A stretch of 64,000 nucleotides of DNA from Antedon mediterranea (taxonomy: Eukaryota; Animalia; Echinodermata): NCBI RefSeq assembly GCF_964355755.1, contig NC_092672.1, forward strand, positions 8,866,001 through 8,930,000, written 5' to 3'. A program made the translations under genes and the position numbers. Below are positions 56,001-64,000 of the stretch, piece after piece; the stretch's first letter is position 1, and each line of letters opens with the position of its first letter. The notes beneath the pieces were generated by a model. It was not told the origin of the DNA and did no database searches. It saw nothing but the letters and a program-made list of their open reading frames with translations.

Positions 56001-57463
56001 GTTTGCGAAGGATTAGAAAATAAATACTACACTAAAGTACAGTTCTTCTAATCAATAAAACAATTAATTCAAACTTGATATGCAAACTCCTTATTCCATT
56101 CAGTCAATAGTTCTTACCCAGTATTTGAATCCCAAATAATGACCATACTGTCAGGACCTTTATCAGCTGTTGCGACCCAACGCTTATCATTGCTGGCACA
56201 GGTGCACGATATATTATTACTCTGTAAAAACATGAACAAAATTGAGGGTTTTGAAGTAGGCATCAAAGACATGGTCTCAGAATTTAAAAGCAATTTCAAA
56301 CTACAAGAGCTACTCAGTGTCACTACGATACAGACAGGCCTTTAAGTTCAAGACAGGACTCAACCAAAAGCCATAGTCCTACCTAAGCAACTCAAGACAT
56401 CGCCACTCACTTCCCAGTTTTACTTACATGGCCCTGCAACAGTTTTTGTTTATTATTTACATAATCATACAGGATACATGTATTGCCTCCAGCATAAAGT
56501 ACAGACTTTCTGCTAGCACTGGCTAGGTTCAGCGCTGGTACACATTTGTTCACTCCAAAAGTCCATGACAAATTCTGAAAACAAAAAATAGTATACATGT
56601 AATTATATACAAGATATTGGATATGATAAATGGAAAGACTGATCTGCTACGAATTTAAAATAATTGAATAATATGAACAAAATGGGAACACATGCTACCT
56701 AGTACTGTGGGAATAAAATGGAAAATGAGAAGCATCATGGATTAAAATAGAACTATTAAAACTAGGACGTTTTTGTCTAGGCCTAGAACATGTTTCTTAC
56801 CAGTCCATTAGGGGATGCATCTTGCTTTTCTTCCACTGTTTCAACTTCCTCTTTTTCCTGAGCAGGTTCACCTTGGGTATTATTAACCTGGTTGTATTCA
56901 GTTGTCTCCGCAATCTCATTTCCAGTGGCTTCATTTGATTGTTGGTTTGCAGACTCTGCTGGTGTTGTCACAGGTGGATGGATCCCAGTATGGTCTCTTG
57001 AAATAGGAGCAATTGCATCAGGAACAGCATCAGCATTTTCCACCAACTCTTCTTCATTTTGGTTTTGTTCTTTTTCTTCAGCTTGGTCTTTTTCATTTAC
57101 TTCTTCTGTTTCATTTATTTCATCTTTGTCTTGTACTTCCTCTTTTTCTTCCTCTTTAAATTTGGAAGCCTCATCCGCCGATACTCTACCTTCTTCCCCA
57201 GACTGGTCGTTTTTTAGTGGTTCATCATCTCCTCCACTTTGATCAATGGCAGAATTATCTGGTTGCTCTTGCACTGGAAGATCCTCTCCTGTAGCAGTTA
57301 ATTCTTTAGAATCACTTTGTTGTGTTTCGTCATCTTGATTATCTTCAACTTTGTCATTGTTCTGGTTGTCATTGATTTCTGAAGGATCATTGACCTCTGT
57401 GCTTTTTAATAAATCTTGTTTTTCAGTGATTATAGGTTCAACCTCACCCTTTTCACTGTCCAT
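25579..57463 (-). CDS. CFAP251: Cilia- and flagella-associated protein 251 (WDR66): complete spliced CDS, 22 coding exons, 1118 aa, with an acidic N-terminus, WD40 repeats and a C-terminal EF-hand-like region
   Basis: Minus-strand exons: 57463-56801, 56574-56428, 56221-56118, 55827-55719, 55608-55450, 55192-55024, 53363-53273, 52729-52592, 51424-51295, 50811-50756, 50598-50539, 50188-50109, 44766-44627, 44137-43964, 39273-39130, 38830-38748, 38176-38035, 37630-37539, 35394-35266, 32717-32521, 26053-25916, 25790-25579. All introns are GT-AG with matching phases; the total is 3357 nt. Diagnostic motifs: [39 protein letters not shown]-like [60 protein letters not shown]. Confidence 0.95.
28082..28230. 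mobile_element. MITE family A copy
   Basis: agttctgtctatattatcaaact...ttgatagtgtagacagagct TIRs with internal catatcactaccatatttgg repeats. Confidence 0.85.
30949..32460. repeat. 756-bp tandem duplication (30949-31704 and 31705-32460)
   Basis: The copies look identical by eye. Duplicate ORFs start at 31166 and 31922 (offset 756). GTTT microhomology at the junctions. Confidence 0.96.
32521..32717 (-). CDS. CFAP251: CFAP251 coding exon 20 (EF-hand-like)
   Basis: [46 protein letters not shown]; acceptor at 32718, donor GTAAGT at 32520. Confidence 0.94.
35266..39273 (-). CDS. CFAP251: CFAP251 coding exons 15-19
   Basis: VEYDL...[25 protein letters not shown] / [24 protein letters not shown] / [13 protein letters not shown] / [14 protein letters not shown] / [19 protein letters not shown]. 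Confidence 0.93.
35569..35670. mobile_element. MITE family A copy, truncated
   Basis: gtgtgatgtggccaaatatggtagtgatatgacatcatc...cacataaagtttgatagtg. Confidence 0.75.
40500..40810 (-). mobile_element. Decayed 3' end of an RTE-like LINE ORF2
   Basis: Translation ..[18 protein letters not shown]...[11 protein letters not shown] resembles the GRP..TW...D....A.DR..WR C-terminal signature of RTE-clade reverse transcriptases. Confidence 0.6.
43690..43917. mobile_element. Decayed Tigger/pogo-like MITE
   Basis: tatagtagaaaccct at the left and agggtttttcctgta at the right form imperfect TIRs bounded by TA. Confidence 0.5.
43964..44766 (-). CDS. CFAP251: CFAP251 coding exons 13-14
   Basis: [16 protein letters not shown]...[11 protein letters not shown] / DANFCVTVY...[18 protein letters not shown]...[11 protein letters not shown]. 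Confidence 0.93.
46359..49435 (+). mobile_element. Helentron-type non-autonomous element (HINE/DINE-1-like) ends enclosing about 3 kb of nested sequence
   Basis: 5' subTIR taccttcgcc plus aaggagg hairpin, followed by (GTTT)n. 3' subTIR ggcggaggta (49400-49409), hairpin cactc-tcg-gagtg and terminal ctagtt. That both ends belong to one insertion is inferred. Confidence 0.6.
50109..53363 (-). CDS. CFAP251: CFAP251 coding exons 7-12
   Basis: [17 protein letters not shown] / [15 protein letters not shown] / [17 protein letters not shown] / [13 protein letters not shown] / [16 protein letters not shown] / [13 protein letters not shown], phase-consistent. Confidence 0.92.
51965..52040 (-). mobile_element. 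Decayed tRNA-derived SINE head
   Basis: Minus strand: agtggcactgtttg (A-box-like)...ggttcaaatcc (B-box). No intact cloverleaf. Confidence 0.5.
52064..52560. mobile_element. MITE family A copy split by an insertion of about 335 bp
   Basis: Left part 52064-52171, right part about 52508-52560 ending tttgatagtgtagacagagc, with unrelated sequence between. Confidence 0.7.
52880..53110. repeat. Degenerate ~30-bp tandem repeat
   Basis: Recurring gtgagaatag / gtttgagtgaga motifs. Confidence 0.6.
53691..54283 (+). mobile_element. 593-bp non-autonomous DNA transposon with TTAA target duplication (Kolobok-like), copy 1
   Basis: TTAA|aggccaggtgcgggc...gcctgtatctgagct|TTAA with imperfect TIRs. A highly similar full-length copy lies at 62124-62719. 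Confidence 0.85.
55024..56574 (-). CDS. CFAP251: CFAP251 coding exons 2-6 (first WD40 repeats)
   Basis: [10 protein letters not shown]...LLQGH / [31 protein letters not shown] / VPVQTLF...SYQ / VVDIWDW...FYAW / ENDKFEY...VVVWDNNRP, with canonical splice sites. Confidence 0.93.
56801..57463 (-). CDS. CFAP251: CFAP251 coding exon 1 (Glu/Asp/Gln-rich low-complexity N-terminus)
   Basis: Acceptor ttttttttacag| at 57483, ATG at 57463, donor CTG|GTAAGA at 56801. Confidence 0.88.
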
Positions 57464-57554
57464 GTTGTAATATTTATGCTATCTGTAAAAAAAAACCACA
57501 TAATATGCCGGTTCACAAGCATGACACACACGAAAGCCTTAAAAAAAAAGGTAT

Positions 57555-58012
57555 AGTCTAGATACATCCCCTACCTAGGATAGCATATAGGCTAGGGAGT
57601 CCTAGGATATAAGTCTAGCCTATTATAGGCCTATGCCTACGTACCTACAGCAGTTAGGCATAGGCTAGTAGGCCTAGCATATAGGCCTAGCTAGTAGAGG
57701 CTAACTAGGCCTAGGGCTAGCCTAGGCCCTAGGCCCTAGCTAGCTAAAAAGGTAGCCAGACTAAAAACAGACCATTTTATTACTTAGAGAGATGATGCAC
57801 TCTACTAGGCTACTATACTAGGCTAACCTCCTAGTTAGAGGGCCTAAGTTAGGCCGTACCGTTCGTGGCTCTTGACTGGGGCCTACCTCAGACACTAGCT
57901 AGTTAGGCTAGGCCTAGACTAAAAGGGCTAGGCTAGGCCTAGTCTACCGCCTCTAGCTGCTAGGGAAGCGCCAGCTAGCTAGTAGTAGGCCCAGCCATAC
58001 AGTCTTATACTA
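57555..58012. repeat. TAGGCCTA/CTAG-rich low-complexity island in CFAP251 intron 1
   Basis: At least six perfect TAGGCCTA palindromes (57626, 57669, 57682, 57706, 57909, 57934) plus many CTAG and GGCTAG variants. Confidence 0.85.
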
Positions 58013-58124
58013 GAAAGGCGATATTTTCATTCACTCAGTACATTACTGCTGTGTTTAGATAATGCAAATTATATGAACCTATTATATAAACATGTTAAAA
58101 CTAAACTCAGCATTACAAACTTAC

Positions 58125-58176
58125 GATTTACAAGCAGAAAATTATAAATGCTAGGCAGGCTGGTTGGAGGCTTCGT
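58125..58176 (-). other. Probable non-coding first exon of CFAP251 (5' end uncertain)
   Basis: Donor ATC|GTAAGT at 58125/58124, a matching acceptor at 57483 and an adjacent X-box. Confidence 0.55.
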
Positions 58177-58190
58177 ATCTCCTTGGAAAC
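58177..58190. promoter_or_regulatory. RFX X-box in the CFAP251 promoter
   Basis: ATCTCCTTGGAAAC fits the ciliary-gene X-box consensus RTHNYYWTRRNRAC at all 14 positions and lies next to the inferred first exon of a motile-cilia gene. Confidence 0.7.
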
Positions 58191-58844
58191 ACCTTTGTGC
58201 GCAGATCGGATTTGTTTGTTCGAGTTTAATTTTACAAATTGCGCCCTCTTTAGTATAGATTTTCAAAACTTTTGTGGGATTACCATTATTAAATTCTTAT
58301 ATAGGAGTTTTATAGGTAAAATCATGAAGCTTTAACTTAATTTAGAGATCCATGATAAATGCCAATTTCAACTGTTGAAAAAGTGTTAAATACATTACAT
58401 AAAGCAACTGTTACAGTCGTTGTTTGATTGTATTTGCAAAGATTAAAACAAAAATAAATTGCCTGTACACATTTCAATTCTTGTACAAAAAACACTGTTT
58501 TGGATGTAAACAATTTCTTTCCAACTTTAATTAAAAACAGAGTCACAAGCATTGCATCAAGCTAGTTAAAAAGACAAATTCATTTTTTAGTAACAAAAAA
58601 AAAACCTGACAATAAAATAAATCCAATATTAAATTCCACATAAAATAAACATTGCAATAATAAATAGTTCACATCCTCTATTTCTATGTTCCTTACTTTT
58701 GTATTTTTTCATTTAGTTCATTTGAAAAAATTAATTAAATTGAACATAACAGTAGTAATAGTTTAATTATTAGTAATCAATAATATTTAATAAAAGAATA
58801 TTACAAATTCTTTTATAACAAAAGAACATAAAATAAAATATGTT

Positions 58845-59376
58845 TGTCTACACTATCAAACTAGTTTGACAAAAAAAAGTGTGATATGTGCCCAAATATG
58901 GTAGTGATCATCATGTCCATATATGGGCACATCACATTTTTTTGTCACATAAAAGTTTGATAGTGTATATAGCTTAAAGCTCTGTCTACACTATCAAACT
59001 TTATGTGTCAAAAAAATGTGATGTGCCCATATATGGACATGATGATGTCATATCACTACCATATTTAAGCATAGCACTACCATATATGGGTACATCAAAC
59101 TTTTTTGACACATAAAGTTTGATAGTGTAGACAGAGCTTAAGAGTATTATATTCTTCTTATCATTTTCGATCAAGATACAACAAGAATAATAAGGTTCAG
59201 AAGTTGATACTTAAAAGTATTAAGGTGCTACTTCTTACAATAGGACTTTCACCTATACATCTTTTAAGCTCTGTCTACACTATCAAACTTTATGTGACAT
59301 GATGGTGTCATATCACTACCATATTTGAGCATATCACTCTTTTTTGTCAAACTAGTTTGATAGTGTAGACAGATCT
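58845..59376. mobile_element. Cluster of three MITE family A copies (58845-58974, 58978-59138, 59267-59376)
   Basis: TIR agctctgtctacactatcaaact / agtttgatagtgtagacagagct. 3-bp TSDs TAA (58975-77 and 59139-41) and TTA (59264-66 and 59377-79) are typical of PIF/Harbinger. Confidence 0.9.
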
Positions 59377-59909
59377 TTATAGGTTCGCTTATACAACTTT
59401 TCTGAGGCCCGAATGTACAATATATATTGTTAATATAATTATTCAATTTAAATGTATAAAAATAAATACCACAAAAAAAACATGTTGGGATTGCAGGTTC
59501 TATGAGGAAATAGTGAATATTTGGTCACATTAATTACATATTTATTTATCTATTATTTAGTCTCATTTTATGAGGCCGATCCATCCAGCTGATGCTCTTT
59601 CTTAGACATCCTCAGAACAATAATATTTATATGATAATCACAAATTATTTATATATATATAGAAATCTGGGCCTGTGCAATCCCAAAATCTTGGGTTTTA
59701 TTACAACAACAAAATAAATAAAGTACCAATATATCCATTTTGAATACTATCTAATGTATACAAAAACAACATTTGTTTGTTTATATATTTAGGGCAAATT
59801 GCCAAGGATAACCATAAGCTAATTCATTCACTATCCTTCTTAAAGGTTGCAAAATCTTATTACAAATCTTTGGGAGTGGAGTTGTAATTTGTCATTAGAA
59901 CAAATCTTA

Positions 59910-59980
59910 ATGTGACAGGACTTGAACCCAGGACCCCTTGGATTGGTAGCCAAGCATCATAACTACCAAGCCACAACTTC
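59910..59980 (-). mobile_element. tRNA-derived SINE head
   Basis: Minus strand: tgtggcttggtag (A-box)...gggttcaagtcc (B-box). The acceptor stem is not intact. Confidence 0.6.
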
Positions 59981-61445
59981 ACTCCATACAGCATTGTATG
60001 TGCCAACTTGGCTAAAATAACCATAGCATCCTAAAAGGGTCGTAAAAGTGTACACCAACCTTAAAAATGAAATAATTACCAGACATAAAAGGGCTATTGT
60101 AAACTGCTGAATGAAAATTAATCACATAATAGTGACCTTTTCTTAACATTTTGGTATTAATATGTATACAGAATTTATCTATACATTCTTGAGTGCCAAA
60201 GACCAACAATCACACTATTTATAAATGTATTATATTCTGTGTTGGACAAATTCAGTTTTCAGTGGTCTTTTTAGTTTTTAAAATTATAGTTTAGTTATCC
60301 AATAGGCTATTTTTTGTTTGTTTTAAATATCCAACATTGGTGTATGTAAAATACAGTGCAGCCTATATTGTACAGGATAGTGTATAATAGAGACCCTTAT
60401 CATTCAGTCATTTGAATACAAATTATGAGGTGTTCGAAGTATACCAAACACAACTATTATACTATTACAGCACTATTATAATGGCTAAATAAAATCTTCC
60501 AAATTATATTTTCATGAAAAAGAGCCATAGCCACCAGTATGGTTGGTCAGGTTTCAACCAGACATTTTTTAACATTTTTAAAAGGACACGTTACAATATA
60601 TTTTAGATTAATTAATTTAAAAAAATCATCATTAAAATACATCAAAAGAATGACTAAGTCTGTAGTTAATTTTTTTTTATATGAGTCCACTACCAGTCTG
60701 CATTTTGATGTTTGGCTGAAATAGTGAGCTCAAGTACATATAAAACGTTGTAGCTGCCATCGTATTTATCTTTTTATTAATTTCAGTCTTGAACCTAGAC
60801 TAGTCAATTAAAAAAAACCTTGTTGGCCCCTGACCCTCTTCCACATTAGGAATTGATCACAACCCCACCACTTTATGGCTACAGCCCTGTAGACATCATC
60901 TAGACAAAGTTATAAGCCTGTACTTTATTAATTAAGGTACTTAAAATTAATGTTCTATTGCATATAAATACGGTGTTGTATTGTTTGTTATTTGACTGCC
61001 CAACTATAACTACATATTATTTAGACCAAAATCTAAGCATATAATAACTTGTGCATATTAAGTTAATGGATAATTTTTTGGCTACCAAAATGTATTGTTT
61101 TTTTGTTCTTATGCATGTACTTTGGAATAGAAGTAAAAGACTGAGATAGCCAAAATGTAAAATAAAATCCAATACAGTATTTATAAGTATGTTATATTAT
61201 AGACAATTGATAAAGCATTATGATTTAAATTAAGAAGGGATATTATCTAATTTCTGAAAAGAGTCTTCTAAAAACTGTGGTATACTGACTTGTATACTGA
61301 ACACCATTCACAACCTTTCTTAATTGTATTTCGATATTTTGAATTGAGAAATAGACATTTTGAAATTGAATGATGGCCAAACGAACTGTGAATATTTATT
61401 TTGTATTCCAATTGTACTAAATTGATATTGTTAATATTAATCACC

Positions 61446-61468
61446 ATCATCATCATCATCATCATCAT
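61446..61468. repeat. (CAT)n microsatellite
   Basis: A run of catcatcat; it produces the poly-Met ORF 61268-61468. Confidence 0.9.
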
Positions 61469-61883
61469 GCCACACTCTTTTCATCACTCATCGTTATACC
61501 TTATACAGCCATCAACATCACCTTAAGACAGTTTCTATGTAAATAGTATCATAGACACATTCCATGATACATGGTCTCACATATGATACTGTATTTACCT
61601 TAAAATTCAATGCTAAGGATATAACACTATATGTTATGAGAATGGGATGCAATGTTAATATCTTCACACAAAAGTGACATTAGGGAGTTTTTGATTTGAA
61701 ATCATCAAACCTGTGTCAAGGTGAGGCACGTAGACACACGTCTCAATGTTTATGTATGCGCACAACGTACTAACATGCCCTATCAATTACCTTCATACAT
61801 ATCAATCACATAACACAACCTTCATCATCACTAAGACAACTATCATCAGCAATATTAACAATTCTTAGCAATCTCTATTGTCA

Positions 61884-63811
61884 TCATAAATTCTTGCTCT
61901 TTATCCAACTGTCTATTCGTTGCTTCAAGTCTGTAGCTGAAAGAGAAAGAAAAAAGAAGAAATTGGTACAAAACATATCTAATAACTTTTGGTTAGACAC
62001 CTGGTGGTGTGGCTCAATGGCAAGAGATCAGACTAGAGGCATGGGTTCAAGAATTTCTTTACTAACAGTGCTAAAAGAATCATTGAAACAGGTGAGATTT
62101 CAAAAGTGACTTGAATTGCTTAAAGGCCAGGTGCGGGCAAAAAATTTCTATTGATCATACATTCCAATAATTATCGATCTATAGTTTCCCCTATGTTTCA
62201 TAATTTTTGGGATTTTATTTGTGTTACAGGAGCTTGTTGAAAATAAGCACTTTCTTATCAGTGGGGGGGATAGTTCAAATTACACAGTAAAATCTCTATT
62301 CCTTTGTACACACATTTTATAAATAGAGAGGCATTTTAAAAAGCTATGAAAAATAAACGGTGTGGTAAGAAATGTTATCAGATGACTAAACATAGATTAA
62401 ATAACTTGAATTTTACATTTCTGGTATTTTTATTCAATTTCTGATTTTTATTGTCATGCTATAGCAAAAATTATCCACCGTATATCCACCATCTTTTTTC
62501 ACCTTCTAGGGAGTCACCAGACATGTTATTACATTAGGTTAAACTACCTAACTACTGAAAAAAAGTCTTCCTGGTTTTTATGGCAGAAATTTGCCAAATT
62601 TTGTATTTGACCATATTAAGGGAAATTCATTTTTTTCTGTCTTGATTTCTGTTAAAAATACATGATTTATGTACAATTAACCAGATATTATATTTAAAAT
62701 TCATGCCTGTACCTGAGCTTTAAAGCTCTGTTTACACTATCAAACTAGTTTGACAAAAAAGTGCTCAAATATGGCATTGGTGTGTCCATATATGGGCACA
62801 TCACATTTTGTTTGGCACATCAAGTGTAATAGTGTAGACAGAGCTTAAGAGATTCACATTGACGGATATGGATTTAAAGCTGGTTCCAAACCAATGGTGC
62901 TTGTGGAAATAACCCCTTAGGGTAAGATTTAAGGTATGTTTTTGGAATGGATAAAACAAGCACATGCATTTATGTTGAGACATGAAATGAGATTAAATCC
63001 TTGTTGGTGCAGACCCACAAACTGGTAAGTTAGAATGGATATTTTGTAGATGGTTCGCTGCTCAATTGTAAGCCTCGCCTTCAAATGTGGCATAAAGCAA
63101 TTGGGAATGGGATAAGTACATGAACAATTATATAATTTAAACTTAATAATGCAGACAAACCTAAAAAGGAGGTATCATTTTCTACACGGCAATTAGAAGT
63201 TGATTATTCTACAGTAAATGTAACAAAATTACCTGGTTGAAGCATGTCAACACTAAGGGGTTGACGATTAAAGGGATCTGTTTGAGAGTTTAGTAGGTGG
63301 CGTTCTATTATTGGACGGTCCATGATGGTTCCTGATGGCGGTAATAGCACTGGGTCACTCATTATTGTCATCATCAATGGATCTAAATTAGCAAATGACA
63401 GTTATAATGTTATAAGGTAGGAATTCACAAAAATTGTCATTAATGTAAATTTGAGGCAATTGAAACTTTATTCCTGGAGCTCCCCTTTAAGGCAGGTTTT
63501 CTTGCATTTTTCTGCATCTGAGCAGCACGTTTCAAGGCCTTTGTAAAAAAAATCCTGATTCAGTTTTTTGGCTGGTATGGATTTTTAATTGCCTTGAAAT
63601 ATATTGTTTGTTGAATGTTTAAAAAATTATACACACCTCTGAACTCATCTGGTGCATCTTCAGTATCCAGTTCTTTCTGTTTATTTTGCACCACAATATT
63701 CTCAATTCGTTGAAACAGATTGCAAAATTGATCCAGCTTTACTGGCGCCATAATGGCTAACTTCCGCATCTTGCCGATTGCATCCTCAAATAGTTCCTTT
63801 CGGTATGAACG
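61884..63811 (-). CDS. UBE4B: Ubiquitin conjugation factor E4 B (UFD2 family, U-box): last three coding exons; the 5' part lies beyond the window end
   Basis: Exons 63811-63637, 63382-63233 and 61936-61884 (TGA), all GT-AG and phase 1. [17 protein letters not shown]...[74 protein letters not shown] matches the UBE4B U-box. Confidence 0.95.
62124..62719 (+). mobile_element. Kolobok-like TTAA element, copy 2 (in the last UBE4B intron)
   Basis: TTAA|aggccaggtgcgggc...gcctgtacctgagct|TTAA, colinear with 53691-54283. Confidence 0.85.
62724..62845. mobile_element. MITE family A copy abutting the Kolobok-like element
   Basis: TAA|agctctgtttacactatcaaact...atagtgtagacagagct|TAA. Confidence 0.85.
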
Positions 63812-63934
63812 CTGAATAACATAAATGTATTATAGTGGGATGATAGTTTTAGTTTCTCCGAAGTAGCTTAGTGTTAGGGAGCTATTAGATAATTGGTCAG
63901 ATCTTTTACATACTCTGTACTTTATGCTTAAGTA

Positions 63935-64000
63935 CATTTGAGTAATTCTTGGGTGAGACTCGAACCCATGACCTTGATGATTGACGCTCATACCTCTAGA
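63935..64000 (-). mobile_element. tRNA-derived SINE head, cut by the window edge
   Basis: Minus strand ...caaggtcatgggttcgagtctcaccc contains the B-box GGTTCGAGTC. Confidence 0.5.

Noticed and set aside
56892-57242. 116-aa Ser/Phe-rich + strand ORF
   Set aside because: Antisense shadow of the Glu/Lys-rich CFAP251 exon. The same applies to the + strand ORFs over other exons (for example 2952-3134, 32466-32717, 44562-44771, 56139-56345).
59910-59980. Functional tRNA gene (also 51965-52040, about 62000-62055 and 63935-64000)
   Set aside because: A/B boxes are present but the stems do not form a full cloverleaf, which fits SINE heads better.

Overview
AT-rich, intron-rich animal genomic DNA (invertebrate; echinoderm-like by inference, species not determinable here), not prokaryotic. 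Three protein-coding genes lie head-to-tail on the minus strand: (1) the last three coding exons of the U-box ligase UBE4B (63811-61884); (2) a complete CFAP251/WDR66 gene that I reconstructed as 22 phase-consistent GT-AG coding exons (57463-25579, 3357 nt, 1118 aa), with a probable non-coding first exon and an RFX X-box at 58177-58190; (3) the large first coding exon of a PDZ-bearing, nNOS-type nitric oxide synthase (3109-1661), whose remaining exons lie beyond the left edge. The 22 kb between CFAP251 and NOS holds a 4.35-kb, 28-bp minisatellite with higher-order structure; it explains the three giant + strand ORFs. The rest is non-autonomous DNA transposons (Harbinger-, Kolobok-, pogo- and Helitron/Helentron-like), tRNA-derived SINE heads, an RTE LINE remnant and local duplications. 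I found no clear new multi-gene system. The best leads are regulatory or structural: about 150 GTAAGT donor motifs on the NOS-sense strand of the minisatellite, an altered NOS PDZ beta-finger, a TAGGCCTA-dense island just downstream of the CFAP251 start, and X-boxes in its promoter and in one coding exon. All calls were read by eye, without database searches.
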